Assembly (NCBI GenBank): GCA_902763905.1
Contig: CACWUA010000009.1
Coordinates: 808-64,807, forward strand
DNA from: an uncultured Pseudomonadota bacterium
GTDB lineage: Bacteria > Pseudomonadota > Alphaproteobacteria > RF32 > CAG-239
Length of the DNA stretch: 64,000 bases
Reading direction: 5' to 3'
The notes beneath the pieces are model-generated. The model searched no databases and was not told where the DNA came from. It saw nothing but the letters and a program-made list of their open reading frames with translations. Every line of letters starts with the position of its first letter. The first letter of the stretch is position 1. A program made the position numbers and the translations under genes. This document shows, one piece after another, positions 1 to 8,271 of this stretch.

Positions 1-2
1 TC

Positions 3-614
3 CAAAACATACAAGGAGTGCTGAACGCGCCGGCTCATAAGTTGTTGGAAGAAGCGGAATTGAGCCCTAATGCCATAGTTTTATTGCGCCTGATTCATAC
101 TTGTATGCTGCGCTCTTCTTATCAGGGATTTACGGTTTCAGAAGAACCGACTATTTTGAACTGGAGCCAGTTGGAGGAATATTATTGGCAAAAATTGGCG
201 TATAGCGAAATTGAAGAATTTCACGTTTGTTTTTTGGACGAAAGCTGTCATTATAAGGGTGGAAAACGACTTTCCAGCGGTACAATCAATCAGGCGACCG
301 TGCATCCGCGAGAAATTGTTCGTGCAGCCATAGAAAATCAAGCCGTGTATGTTATTCTTGTTCATAATCATCCATCAGGCTCATACAAACCATCGGGTTA
401 TGATATTGCCGTAACAAGAGAAATCGAGGCATTGGCTGAGGTAATGAATTTTGAAGTTTTTGACCACTTGATTATAGCAAAAGACGGTGTTTACAGTTTT
501 CGCAAAGAAGGCTTGATTATACCGAAGAAAAAACGCGACGAGGGTGGCAGATTAATTGATGATGAAACAAATAAAACAGGAAAAACGGTAAAAAAGCGCC
601 CAAGTAAAAAATAA
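3..614 (+). CDS. radC: RadC-family JAMM/MPN+ protein; the 5' end runs off the window
   Basis: The frame is open from the window edge (..QNIQGVLNAPAHKLLEEAELS..). HNHPSG JAMM motif in VILVHNHPSGSYKPSGYD. Basic K-rich C-terminus. Confidence 0.85.
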   Translation, partial: QNIQGVLNAPAHKLLEEAELSPNAIVLLRLIHTCMLRSSYQGFTVSEEPTILNWSQLEEYYWQKLAYSEIEEFHVCFLDESCHYKGGKRLSSGTINQATVHPREIVRAAIENQAVYVILVHNHPSGSYKPSGYDIAVTREIEALAEVMNFEVFDHLIIAKDGVYSFRKEGLIIPKKKRDEGGRLIDDETNKTGKTVKKRPSKK

Positions 615-658
615 CACTTGCAAAATAAAAAATATAGTGTAAATATAATTTCGGTCGT

Positions 659-735
659 CGGGGTGTAGCTCAGCCTGGTAGAGCGCTTGGTTTGGGACCA
701 AGATGTCGCGTGTTCGAATCTCGTCGCCCCGACCA
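659..735 (+). tRNA. tRNA-Pro (anticodon UGG), CCA encoded
   Basis: Cloverleaf read by eye. Acceptor CGGGGTG/CGCCCCG. Anticodon stem CTTGG/CCAAG with loop TTTGGGA (UGG). T-loop TTCGAAT. Discriminator A plus CCA. One T-T mismatch in the T stem. Confidence 0.9.
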
Positions 736-744
736 TTAAAAAAG

Positions 745-778
745 AAAAGGCGGTGTTTATCACCGCCTTTTCTGTTTT
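745..778 (+). terminator. Rho-independent terminator-like hairpin after tRNA-Pro
   Basis: AAAAGGCGGTG-tttat-CACCGCCTTTT followed by a T-rich run. Confidence 0.6.
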
Positions 779-800
779 AAAGAACGAAGTGAATGGATTA

Positions 801-922
801 GAACACGCGAGGGAGCGTGTTTGACAAGGAGGCTTGGCGAGACGGAAGTATCGCCGAAAAAAGCCGACGCAGCGGCGCAGATTTTTTTACAAAAAATCAA
901 GCCAATCTCGTCGCCCCGACCA
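801..922 (+). repeat. Repeat copy 1, ending in an exact copy of the tRNA-Pro 3' end (AATCTCGTCGCCCCGACCA)
   Basis: Near-identical to 986-1104. The 5' part GCGTGTTTGA resembles the tRNA T-arm GCGTGTTCGA. It is followed by hairpin 933-958 plus a T run. Confidence 0.85.
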
Positions 923-985
923 ATATAAAAAAAACGCCACCTAAAAAGGTGGTGTTTTTTTATATTGTTTTTGGGCCGCCGGTTT

Positions 986-1104
986 GAACACGGGAAGAAA
1001 GCGTGTTCGACAAGGAGGCTTGGCGAGACGGGAGTATCGCCGAAAAAAGCCGACGCAGCGGCGCAGATTTTTTAACAAAAAAATCAAGCCAATCTCGTCG
1101 CCCC
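986..1104 (+). repeat. Repeat copy 2, ending in a truncated copy of the tRNA-Pro 3' end (AATCTCGTCGCCCC)
   Basis: Aligns with 801-922 with a few mismatches. Contains GCGTGTTCGA, identical to the tRNA T-arm/T-loop 5' part. Confidence 0.85.
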
Positions 1105-1155
1105 TAATATAAAAAACATGTTTTAACCTAAAGAATCGACTTTAAAACACTATTA

Positions 1156-2901
1156 TTAATCAGCGCTATATCTATCAGCAAAATCATTTTCTGTAAGCGT
1201 TAAACAAGTTGACAAATTGTTTATGGTTTCTTTTGATGTCGGCAGAATTTTTAATGAGGATAACTGATTCTTTATTGCGCTATTTATTGCTATGACCGAT
1301 GCTTTGCTTTTTATCCAGTTTTGCGGTACAAATACTTTACCAGCTTCATAAGAACTCTCATTTGCCGTCTCAAATGAAACATTAAGCACATTTCCCGTAA
1401 ATTCAAGAACAAATTCAAACATTTTTGCATCTGATAGTTGCTTATACACTTTTGCAGGGCTTGGAGTTTTACCCACTTTTTTATTCACTTCGTTTGCTAA
1501 AGCACTAATGGCGTATAATTGATGATACGGAGCATAAGCTTTCATGGCCAACAAAGCTTCATTTAATCCCATTGGATTAGTAGGTTCCCAAAGTTTAATA
1601 ATTGCATCAAACATTTCTTTTAAGGCTTGCATATCCTCAGCCTTATATTCTTTATGGAATAATTGACTGAAATATGTATCAAATATTCGAGTTTCGCCAT
1701 AACTTAAATTAGGTCGCTGACTATGCCATGCAATTAACTCTTTTCCCATAGCCGTCAATTCATTTACATGAAGCATGTTGAATTTTGTTTGATCAACAAT
1801 TTCACCACGTTTTGTAATCAAATATCCGTCGGTATATGTCTGCTCATATGTTTTTTTAAGGCTCAACACAATTTTATCATTACTTCTCATATCCCTTGCC
1901 TTAACAGCACTTTGGCTGTTAGTACTATTGGTAATATTGTCTACCTTAGAACTATCCGCTATTTCATAAAATTTAAATAAGATATATCCGTTTGATTTTT
2001 TTGCTGTCTCGCCACATCCAAAAATAGTACTTAAGCTTTGGCAACCGTTAACAACATTAAAGTCTTTGACTGAAAGCCTTGTTCCATTCTGTTCAATACT
2101 TTTACATATTGCTGTAATACCATTATGATAGAAGAAAAAATCGCCAGAGTCATTTTTAATGGTTCGTGCTATTCCTTTATTAACTTTATTACTACGCCCT
2201 AAAGACTGTCTTACATTTTTTCTAAATAATTTACCATCCTTAATTCCTGGAATGTTAACACACTCTTTTAGTTGAACGGCAGCTAATATGGTTTTGATTC
2301 CGTTCAATTCCATTTGCATACATTTGTCCGTTTCTATTGTAAAGTCATAATTAATATAGCTATTTGTTTTATTAAGTGCTTCATCATATTTTGCCTGTAA
2401 CATTTCATCGTCTACAATTACGAACGAAGCGTTAATATCTTCATTATCAGATATAAATTTTCTGAATATTTCAAAATCAGCGCTTGCCTGTTGGGTTAGT
2501 TTAGATGTTGTGATAAATTCAAAACAAATTTCATAGTCATCTTCAAGTGCTCTACTTATTTCATTTATCTTAACAACTAATTTTGCGTTTGCATTTTCTT
2601 GCAAATGTTCAAGATTTTTTATTTGCATCCAGGAACTAACGACTTCCCTTAATGGCTCTGCGTCTATTTCATCACAGTTATAAAATTTTCCTTGAATTAT
2701 ATAGATTGTTGAATCTTGATTATCAATGTAAACAGCATCTATCTGCTTATCATTAGCACCATCTGTAATACAGTCTTTTGCTTCAATTGTATTTAATCCA
2801 TGGATATTCCTTAAATACCAAGCAATAAAACGTTGACCATCATTAGAATAATTCTGCTGATAATAATCTTGCTTTATGTCCTGTAAAATTCTGTGCCGCA
2901 T
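1156..2901 (-). CDS. AIPR-family abortive-infection protein
   Basis: 581 aa. N-terminal nuclease-like block GANDKQIDAVYIDNQDSTIYIIQGKF. Central FFYHNGITAICKS...VVNGCQSLSTI, typical of the AIPR domain. Confidence 0.75.
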   Translation of the reverse strand: MRHRILQDIKQDYYQQNYSNDGQRFIAWYLRNIHGLNTIEAKDCITDGANDKQIDAVYIDNQDSTIYIIQGKFYNCDEIDAEPLREVVSSWMQIKNLEHLQENANAKLVVKINEISRALEDDYEICFEFITTSKLTQQASADFEIFRKFISDNEDINASFVIVDDEMLQAKYDEALNKTNSYINYDFTIETDKCMQMELNGIKTILAAVQLKECVNIPGIKDGKLFRKNVRQSLGRSNKVNKGIARTIKNDSGDFFFYHNGITAICKSIEQNGTRLSVKDFNVVNGCQSLSTIFGCGETAKKSNGYILFKFYEIADSSKVDNITNSTNSQSAVKARDMRSNDKIVLSLKKTYEQTYTDGYLITKRGEIVDQTKFNMLHVNELTAMGKELIAWHSQRPNLSYGETRIFDTYFSQLFHKEYKAEDMQALKEMFDAIIKLWEPTNPMGLNEALLAMKAYAPYHQLYAISALANEVNKKVGKTPSPAKVYKQLSDAKMFEFVLEFTGNVLNVSFETANESSYEAGKVFVPQNWIKSKASVIAINSAIKNQLSSLKILPTSKETINNLSTCLTLTENDFADRYSAD

Positions 2902-3103
2902 TTGTAATACTCCTTTCTAGCTAATATTTTACAATTAAAATCTAGCATACGTTAAAAATTATTTTTATAACGATTTAATTGCATAAACGATAGTGGGATA
3001 ATACCCTAATGTCAATAATAATTGACAATGTTTTCAGTTTAATAGATGTTTTGCAGCATTAATTTCTCAATAGCCATATTTCCGTATCTAGGCTATAAAA
3101 TGA

Positions 3104-3442
3104 TTTTTTATAGTTTATTATAAAGACGAGATTTATGTCGGCGACGAGGCAGAAGAGCGACATCAGGATAAGCAAATGATTGTGGCTCTGGTGCGGGCTT
3201 TCGGCTGGCAACATAAACTCGAGCGCGGCAATTTGAATATTCAGGAACTGGCGCAACTTGAGCAGATGGACCGCAGTTATATGGGCAAAATCATTCGCCT
3301 GACCTGCCTGGCGCCGGATATCGTCGAGAGTATTCTGGCCGGTCTGCAACCGCGTGATTTAACGTTAAAAGACTTAATTCGCAACACAATTCCGGTGGAT
3401 TGGAACGAACAGCGCAAAATGTTCGGCTTTCGCCAAGAATAA
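3104..3442 (+). pseudogene. C-terminal remnant of a serine-recombinase-family protein; no catalytic N-terminal domain present
   Basis: ..RAFGWQHKLERGNLNIQELAQLEQMDRSYMGKIIRLTCLAPDIVESILAGLQPRDLTLKDL..WNEQRKMF matches, from memory, the conserved tail of alphaproteobacterial recombinase-family proteins. The frame opens right after a stop at 3101. Confidence 0.4.
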
Positions 3443-3460
3443 GCAATAAGAGAAAATTCA

Positions 3461-4234
3461 ATGACAACAGAAAATCAGAATAAATCTGAACGCTTGGCGT
3501 TTCCGGATACAATCCCGTCTGAGTATGGCTTTATTACTATTGACCGGGAATTTGTGAATTGGCCGCTGTTTTACGATGATGCGGCGTGGAAAATGATGTG
3601 CTATCTGCTGATGCGTGCCAATTATAAAACGCGGTTTTGGGGTACACGGACGATTAACCCCGGCGAATACGTGACCAGCTATGCTCATTTGAGCGAAGAT
3701 TTGCACAAATCTCGCGACGAGGTCAAGCGCTTGCTGACCAAACTGAAAAATAACGGCGAAGTAAAGACGATGCGCCTCGGTAACGCCCTACTTATTTCAA
3801 TGCCTAACTATTTGAAATATCAGCGCTTTCGAACGCGTCATCATAAGGACAGCGCCCGACCTGAGCCCGACATAAGCCCGGAACCCGAACTGCAGGCGCT
3901 CACGACTAAAGAAAATAAACCAGGGAATAATTTTAAAAGGAAAGAAAATTATACGCGCCGGCGAAATTTTTCGGACCCGGACAACGGTGGTTTTGTGAGC
4001 TTAGGTTTCTGTGCTCAGCAAATAATACCTCAGGAACCTAAATTTCATTTTAAACAGTTCCCTCCGGATCGGGCAGAAGTGGAATTGTATGTCAAAAAGA
4101 AAAATCTGGATGTTAATCTGGATCATTTCTTCGAGCACTACGAGCGAACCGGTTGGTGTGACCGAAAATACAGAAAGTTGGACGGCTGGCATTTTGCCTT
4201 ACACCGACTGGTTGATCAAGGCATATATATTTAA
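3461..4234 (+). CDS. Hypothetical protein; the N-terminal region resembles phage/plasmid replication-organiser winged-helix proteins
   Basis: 257 aa. Coding-like composition. Pattern W..MCYLLMRANYK...GEYVTSYAHLSEDLHKSRDEVKRLLTKLKNNGEV. No catalytic motif recognised. Confidence 0.5.
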   Translation: MTTENQNKSERLAFPDTIPSEYGFITIDREFVNWPLFYDDAAWKMMCYLLMRANYKTRFWGTRTINPGEYVTSYAHLSEDLHKSRDEVKRLLTKLKNNGEVKTMRLGNALLISMPNYLKYQRFRTRHHKDSARPEPDISPEPELQALTTKENKPGNNFKRKENYTRRRNFSDPDNGGFVSLGFCAQQIIPQEPKFHFKQFPPDRAEVELYVKKKNLDVNLDHFFEHYERTGWCDRKYRKLDGWHFALHRLVDQGIYI

Positions 4235-4245
4235 CCGGTAACACA

Positions 4246-4277
4246 AAAGGCGGTGGCATTCCCCCACCGCCTTTTTC
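4246..4277. terminator. Bidirectional terminator hairpin between convergent genes
   Basis: AAAGGCGGTGG-cattccc-CCACCGCCTTT with flanking A and T runs. Confidence 0.6.
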
Positions 4278-4285
4278 GGGGAAAG

Positions 4286-5152
4286 CTATTTTTTATTATT
4301 AAATGCGGCCGATGACCAAATATCGTAATCATCATCGGTAGGAAGGTAATAATCCAGATATCCGTCGGCCGTTAAACGCCAACGCCAGGCATATTCACCT
4401 TCCACAAATACGTCGCCGGAATCACTCAAAATAACACTTTCCGGCTTACGGTTGAAACACATTCCGATGAGCATTTTCAGGTTTTCAACATCAAGTGCCG
4501 TCAAAATAATCGTTTGAAACTGTCCGCGTCGGTATTGTTTATTCTTGCGCATTGCCGGCAAATAGCACTCAAATCCAAGTTCTACAATCGGCTCCCAATG
4601 GAAAACCATTCGTCGATGATAGCGGTAACCGTTCTGCCACACCGGACGCCAACAAGCAAAATAGCGCTTGCATACGAAAATATCTCCGGTATGCGTAAAT
4701 TGGATAAAAGCTGTCGGACTTTTGAGGCTTTCGGACAGTTTGCCGCGCATCTCTTGAATACTTCCGGCTACGCAAAGGACTTTCTCTTCCTGTGGCTCGG
4801 CTTCTTCTAATGTTTTCAGCACCGCATTGTAGGCCGCCCGTTTATCCTTATCTTTAAGCGTATCGTAGGCCTCGGTTATCTTTCGGAATTGCGAGGCGGC
4901 GTTTTTACTTGAATTATGGTCGGGATGGTACTTCTTTGCCAGCTGACGATAAGACTTCTTTATTTCCTCAAGTGAGGCTTCTTCCGAAACTTTTAATACG
5001 GTATAAAGGCTGTTTTTAGCTTTCTTAACCGTTGGAGCAGACTTATCTTTCTTAGTCTCTTGCTGTTTTACCTTCGGCTTTTTGTTTTTTGAGGCAAATA
5101 AGCCGAGCAAGAAGAAAAACAGCAATATGTATAGAAAAGTTCCCATTTGCAA
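4286..5152 (-). CDS. Membrane-anchored J-domain (DnaJ-like) protein with an uncharacterised C-terminal domain
   Basis: N-terminal hydrophobic helix FLYILLFFFLLGLFA. J domain LYTVLKVSEEASLEEIKKSYRQLAKKYHPDHN with HPD. Confidence 0.8.
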   Translation of the reverse strand: MQMGTFLYILLFFFLLGLFASKNKKPKVKQQETKKDKSAPTVKKAKNSLYTVLKVSEEASLEEIKKSYRQLAKKYHPDHNSSKNAASQFRKITEAYDTLKDKDKRAAYNAVLKTLEEAEPQEEKVLCVAGSIQEMRGKLSESLKSPTAFIQFTHTGDIFVCKRYFACWRPVWQNGYRYHRRMVFHWEPIVELGFECYLPAMRKNKQYRRGQFQTIILTALDVENLKMLIGMCFNRKPESVILSDSGDVFVEGEYAWRWRLTADGYLDYYLPTDDDYDIWSSAAFNNKK

Positions 5153-5198
5153 TCCGTTTCAGATAGTCCTTGCGGCTGTTGTTACAGCAAAACTGTGC

Positions 5199-5543
5199 TT
5201 AAAACATACTTCCGTTCCAGCCCCAGAGGTCGGCCGGATGATAGGTAACGTAGACATTTGCGCCCGGAATTCCGTAGTCGCTTTGCAAAATGTCACAAAT
5301 CTCGCCGGTTAAGCCCTGACACGCTGATTTAGATGCCGAACCAAGCAGTCGGATAGCGATGTAAGCACCTTTTCCCAGCTTTTTCTCCGCCATATACAGC
5401 GCTTTATCGTCCTCAATGTTCGCCATAATATAGGCTTTCGGCTTACCGAACGCGGCTGAAACGGCACCGGTCAGCTTCTTTTGCAGGTCATCTTTCTGGC
5501 GCTCGTCCAGTTTAATACTCATTTTTGCTTCAATATATGGCAT
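5199..5543 (-). CDS. MIF-family (macrophage migration inhibitory factor-like) tautomerase
   Basis: 114 aa. Pro directly after the initiator Met. GKPKAYIMANI and C-terminal VYVTYHPADLWGWNGSMF parallel MIF GKPPQYIAVHV and [21 protein letters not shown]. Confidence 0.7.
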   Translation of the reverse strand: MPYIEAKMSIKLDERQKDDLQKKLTGAVSAAFGKPKAYIMANIEDDKALYMAEKKLGKGAYIAIRLLGSASKSACQGLTGEICDILQSDYGIPGANVYVTYHPADLWGWNGSMF

Positions 5544-5732
5544 TTTTTATCTCCTTTATAAAAATAACAGTTGCTTTAATTATCATCGCAAAATGCGAGA
5601 TGTCAAAAAGAAAAAACTTTTGATACAACATATTCATCGCCGGCGAAAAATTTAACGGGTCCTTCCTGACGATTTTTCGTATGCGGGGCCGCAAGCCGCG
5701 CCATTTTTCTAGTGAAACAGGTTTTTGTTTAC

Positions 5733-5836
5733 TGGTCACCCCTTTGCGGAAACCCTTATTCCATAAGGGTTTTGAGCGATTGTGAAAAATTCTGGCTGGT
5801 CACTGGTCACTTCTGGCTGGTCACTTGCCTGGTCAC
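5733..5836 (+). repeat. Cluster of five TGGTCAC heptamers; TCTGGCTGGTCAC occurs twice
   Basis: TGGTCAC at 5733, 5797, 5804, 5818 and 5830. Intergenic. Hairpin AAACCCTTA-ttcca-TAAGGGTTT lies between the first and second copies. Confidence 0.7.
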
Positions 5837-6290
5837 CCCGGTAAAAAATCTAGTAAATAAATATACTTAAGGCATAAAAAAGAGTGGTCAGTTTTACCTT
5901 TCCACTCTATATCAGTTATGCTTATTAAACATAACGAGCTCCTTTCAAGCAACCTTTACCGGAGAAGGTATTGATTGCGAACAATATTATTCTTTGCCTG
6001 ATTCAACAAGCATTCCGTGATAGCACATTGGATAGTAATGTTAATCACATCATTTAAATTGCGAGCCTGAGTATAGCTATAGATAGTGTTACCCCTTGAT
6101 ACCCAAGTCAGCATATTTAACGCTTCCAACAATTTAATCATCTCCTTACTGTTTGTAGGTTAATTGAAACGATGTACCCACATCGTCCCTTCCGGTGATA
6201 GAATACGATAAAAATTTCAACATGTCAAATTCGCAAATATTGTAACCAGGGAAAATATTATTTATTTCTATCTTTAAGATATTTTTTTTA

Positions 6291-6395
6291 CAATTTGCCA
6301 AACAAAAAAGTCACAAATTACCGAACGAAAAAGTCACAATTTGCCGAACGAAAAAGTCACAATTTGCCGAACGAAAAAGTCACAAATGACCGAAT
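6291..6395 (+). repeat. Tandem array, 4.5 copies of a 23-bp unit CAATTTGCCGAACGAAAAAGTCA
   Basis: Units start at 6291, 6314, 6337, 6360 and 6383 (partial). Units 3 and 4 are identical. Confidence 0.9.
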
Positions 6396-7136
6396 CAGAA
6401 TAAAAATAACTGGAAAAACAATATGATATCTTCTTGGGTGGTGATCGACATCTAAATGATAATTTATCGGCGGAAGTGAGAGCAGAAATATCAACGTTTG
6501 AAACATCAATTTCGCCTTTCATAAGTTTTGGTAACAATGTGTCCCGAAGTGCCGCTAGCCGTGTATTTTCTAGAGAATTATTCCATATAAGCCTGTCTAA
6601 TACAGAACATGTATTTTCAAATTTTATCATAATTTCATTTGTAGGGATAGTAACCGGCATATTATACAATGAATCTTTATTCACTGAACCAAAAACAGTT
6701 CCTTCTCCGTTAAAAATATTTAATCTATCTTGAGATGCCCAAATGGTGTAAAGGATAAACGATTGACAATTTTGTTTTGACCGAATTGCACATAACCCTC
6801 TTCCAATACAACAATTATCCATGGCTACATTAAAATCTCCTACAGGTGCTCGAACGCTCATGATTACATCACCTGTTTGGGCCATACGTTTGGGTTCTGT
6901 TGTATATAATCTAACTCTAGGAAATCGGGCTCCAAATTCGGCTCTGCCTTGAAAAAAAATGCAACCGTTTTTTTCTTCATTATAACTACTGCCATTTGGA
7001 GATTGACCCATTATAATTTCTGCAATTTCACCAAGTTTTCCAACTTTCCAATCTTCCGGCATAACTCCGCCGAAAGGTTCAAAATCCACAAACCATGACT
7101 TAAATAGAGCCTGTGCCTGTTGTTCTAAATTATTAT
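6334..7136 (-). CDS. hsdS: Promoterless type I RM specificity (HsdS) half cassette: alternative TRD2 plus conserved regions
   Basis: The translation ..INNNLEQQAQALFKSWFVDFEPFGG..TRD..RLAALRDTLLPKLMKGEIDVSNVDISALTSADKLSF parallels the second half of the full hsdS at 12809-14062. It has no start codon at the conserved-region boundary. The 3' tail of the ORF runs into the 23-bp repeats. Confidence 0.8.
6452..6516 (-). repeat. Inverted repeat IR-C (left copy), partner of 13988-14052
   Basis: Its reverse complement matches 13988-14052 at 62 of 65 positions (counted by eye). Confidence 0.9.
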
Positions 7137-7141
7137 TTATC
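7106..7141 (-). repeat. Inverted repeat IR-M (left copy), partner of 13351-13386
   Basis: Its reverse complement GATAAATAATAATTTAGAACAACAGGCACAGGCTCT matches 13351-13386 at 35 of 36 positions. It overlaps the recombinase stop codon. Confidence 0.9.
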
Positions 7142-8126
7142 CAATGAACTTGCGGTGGGCGAGCTTAACATTACTCTGTTTAACCATTGCGTATTGCAAA
7201 GTTGTGTCAATTCTTGAGTGACCGAGCAATTTTTGAAGCTGTTCTATTGGCATTCCTTTATCAATGGCCATTGTTGCAAGTGTTCGGCGGAATTTATGCG
7301 GATGCACCTTTGGAATATTCAAACGCAATCCAAGCTCACGAAGCCTAACCTCAATTCCGCTAATTTCTAAACGATTATATGGCGATTTTAAGGATACAAA
7401 CAGCGCGGCATTACTATCTGTCCGGCTTTCCAAATAATTCTGTAAATGAATTTTTGTTCTGGCATCAAAATATACTATCCGTTCCTTATCACCTTTCCCA
7501 AATACCACACATTCTCGTTCCGTAAAATTTATGTCCTCGCGATTAAGTAACACCATTTCTCCAACGCGCATTCCGGTAGAGGCTAACATATCAATCATAG
7601 CCAAATCACGTAGATTTCCGCATTCATCACGCATTAGCTCCAACATTTCATCTGAATATGTTTCTTTGATATTGGTGCCGGTTTTAACCTTATGTATCCG
7701 ACGCACCGGACTTTTAATAATATAATTTTCATCTTCAAGCCATGCGAAAAAACTAGATAATATGCGCCGGATATTATCAATAGTTACTCGGCTTGAATTA
7801 TTATTTATTTGATAGTCTGTTAAATAAGTACGTAAATCATCGGTAACAATTTGTTTGATATTTTTATTTACGATTTTCAGCATGTTAGTAATTGTAGCAT
7901 TGTAATATTTTATTGATTTTAGAGAGCATCCCTCAATTTTTTTTGCCGATAGAAATAGTTCAATATATGATGCATTTGATATTTCTGTATCTTCAAAATC
8001 AATTTTTTCCTTGATTTCATAACCATCAAACACCCGTTGCAATGTATCTCTCAATTCAATTAATTGACTGTTATCAATTTTGGTTTGCATTTCCAAAATA
8101 ATTTCATTTATTACTGTATCATTCAT
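7137..8126 (-). CDS. Tyrosine site-specific recombinase (XerC/D-integrase family), probable hsdS invertase
   Basis: 329 aa. Catalytic pattern STGMRVGE (R), HPHKFRRT (H-x-x-R), LLGHSRIDTTLQY (H, Y). It sits between the hsdS cassette and hsdM. Confidence 0.9.
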   Translation of the reverse strand: MNDTVINEIILEMQTKIDNSQLIELRDTLQRVFDGYEIKEKIDFEDTEISNASYIELFLSAKKIEGCSLKSIKYYNATITNMLKIVNKNIKQIVTDDLRTYLTDYQINNNSSRVTIDNIRRILSSFFAWLEDENYIIKSPVRRIHKVKTGTNIKETYSDEMLELMRDECGNLRDLAMIDMLASTGMRVGEMVLLNREDINFTERECVVFGKGDKERIVYFDARTKIHLQNYLESRTDSNAALFVSLKSPYNRLEISGIEVRLRELGLRLNIPKVHPHKFRRTLATMAIDKGMPIEQLQKLLGHSRIDTTLQYAMVKQSNVKLAHRKFIG

Positions 8127-8186
8127 TTTAAGTCTCCATTTTAAGAATTGTTACCGTAGATTCCAGAGTAAATCTTTATATTTATT

Positions 8187-8215
8187 TTGACTCTTAACAC
8201 CATACCGAATATCAT
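8187..8215 (+). promoter_or_regulatory. Candidate sigma70-type promoter for the hsdM operon
   Basis: TTGACT, 17 nt spacer, TATCAT, about 55 nt upstream of the hsdM ATG. Confidence 0.4.
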
Positions 8216-8271
8216 GTAGCAAATGCGTTTATGCGTTAGTTTGTAAAGGTTACAATAAAAAGAGGTCTGAA

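Noticed and set aside
5530-5739. 69-aa minus-strand ORF upstream of the MIF-like gene, and the 61-aa ORF at 5956-6141
   Set aside because: The first overlaps the MIF start and the repeat-rich promoter region. The second has its Shine-Dalgarno-like AAGGAG directly abutting the ATG with no spacer. Neither has recognisable motifs, so they are left unannotated.
6291-6395. The tandem 23-bp repeats as a CRISPR array or as a type III (ToxI-like) antitoxin RNA array
   Set aside because: The units are directly abutting with no spacers, so this is not CRISPR. On either strand no ToxN-sized ORF follows: only a doubtful 61-aa ORF on the minus strand and the antisense of the hsdS cassette on the plus strand. 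Related motifs at two other loci point to protein-binding sites instead.
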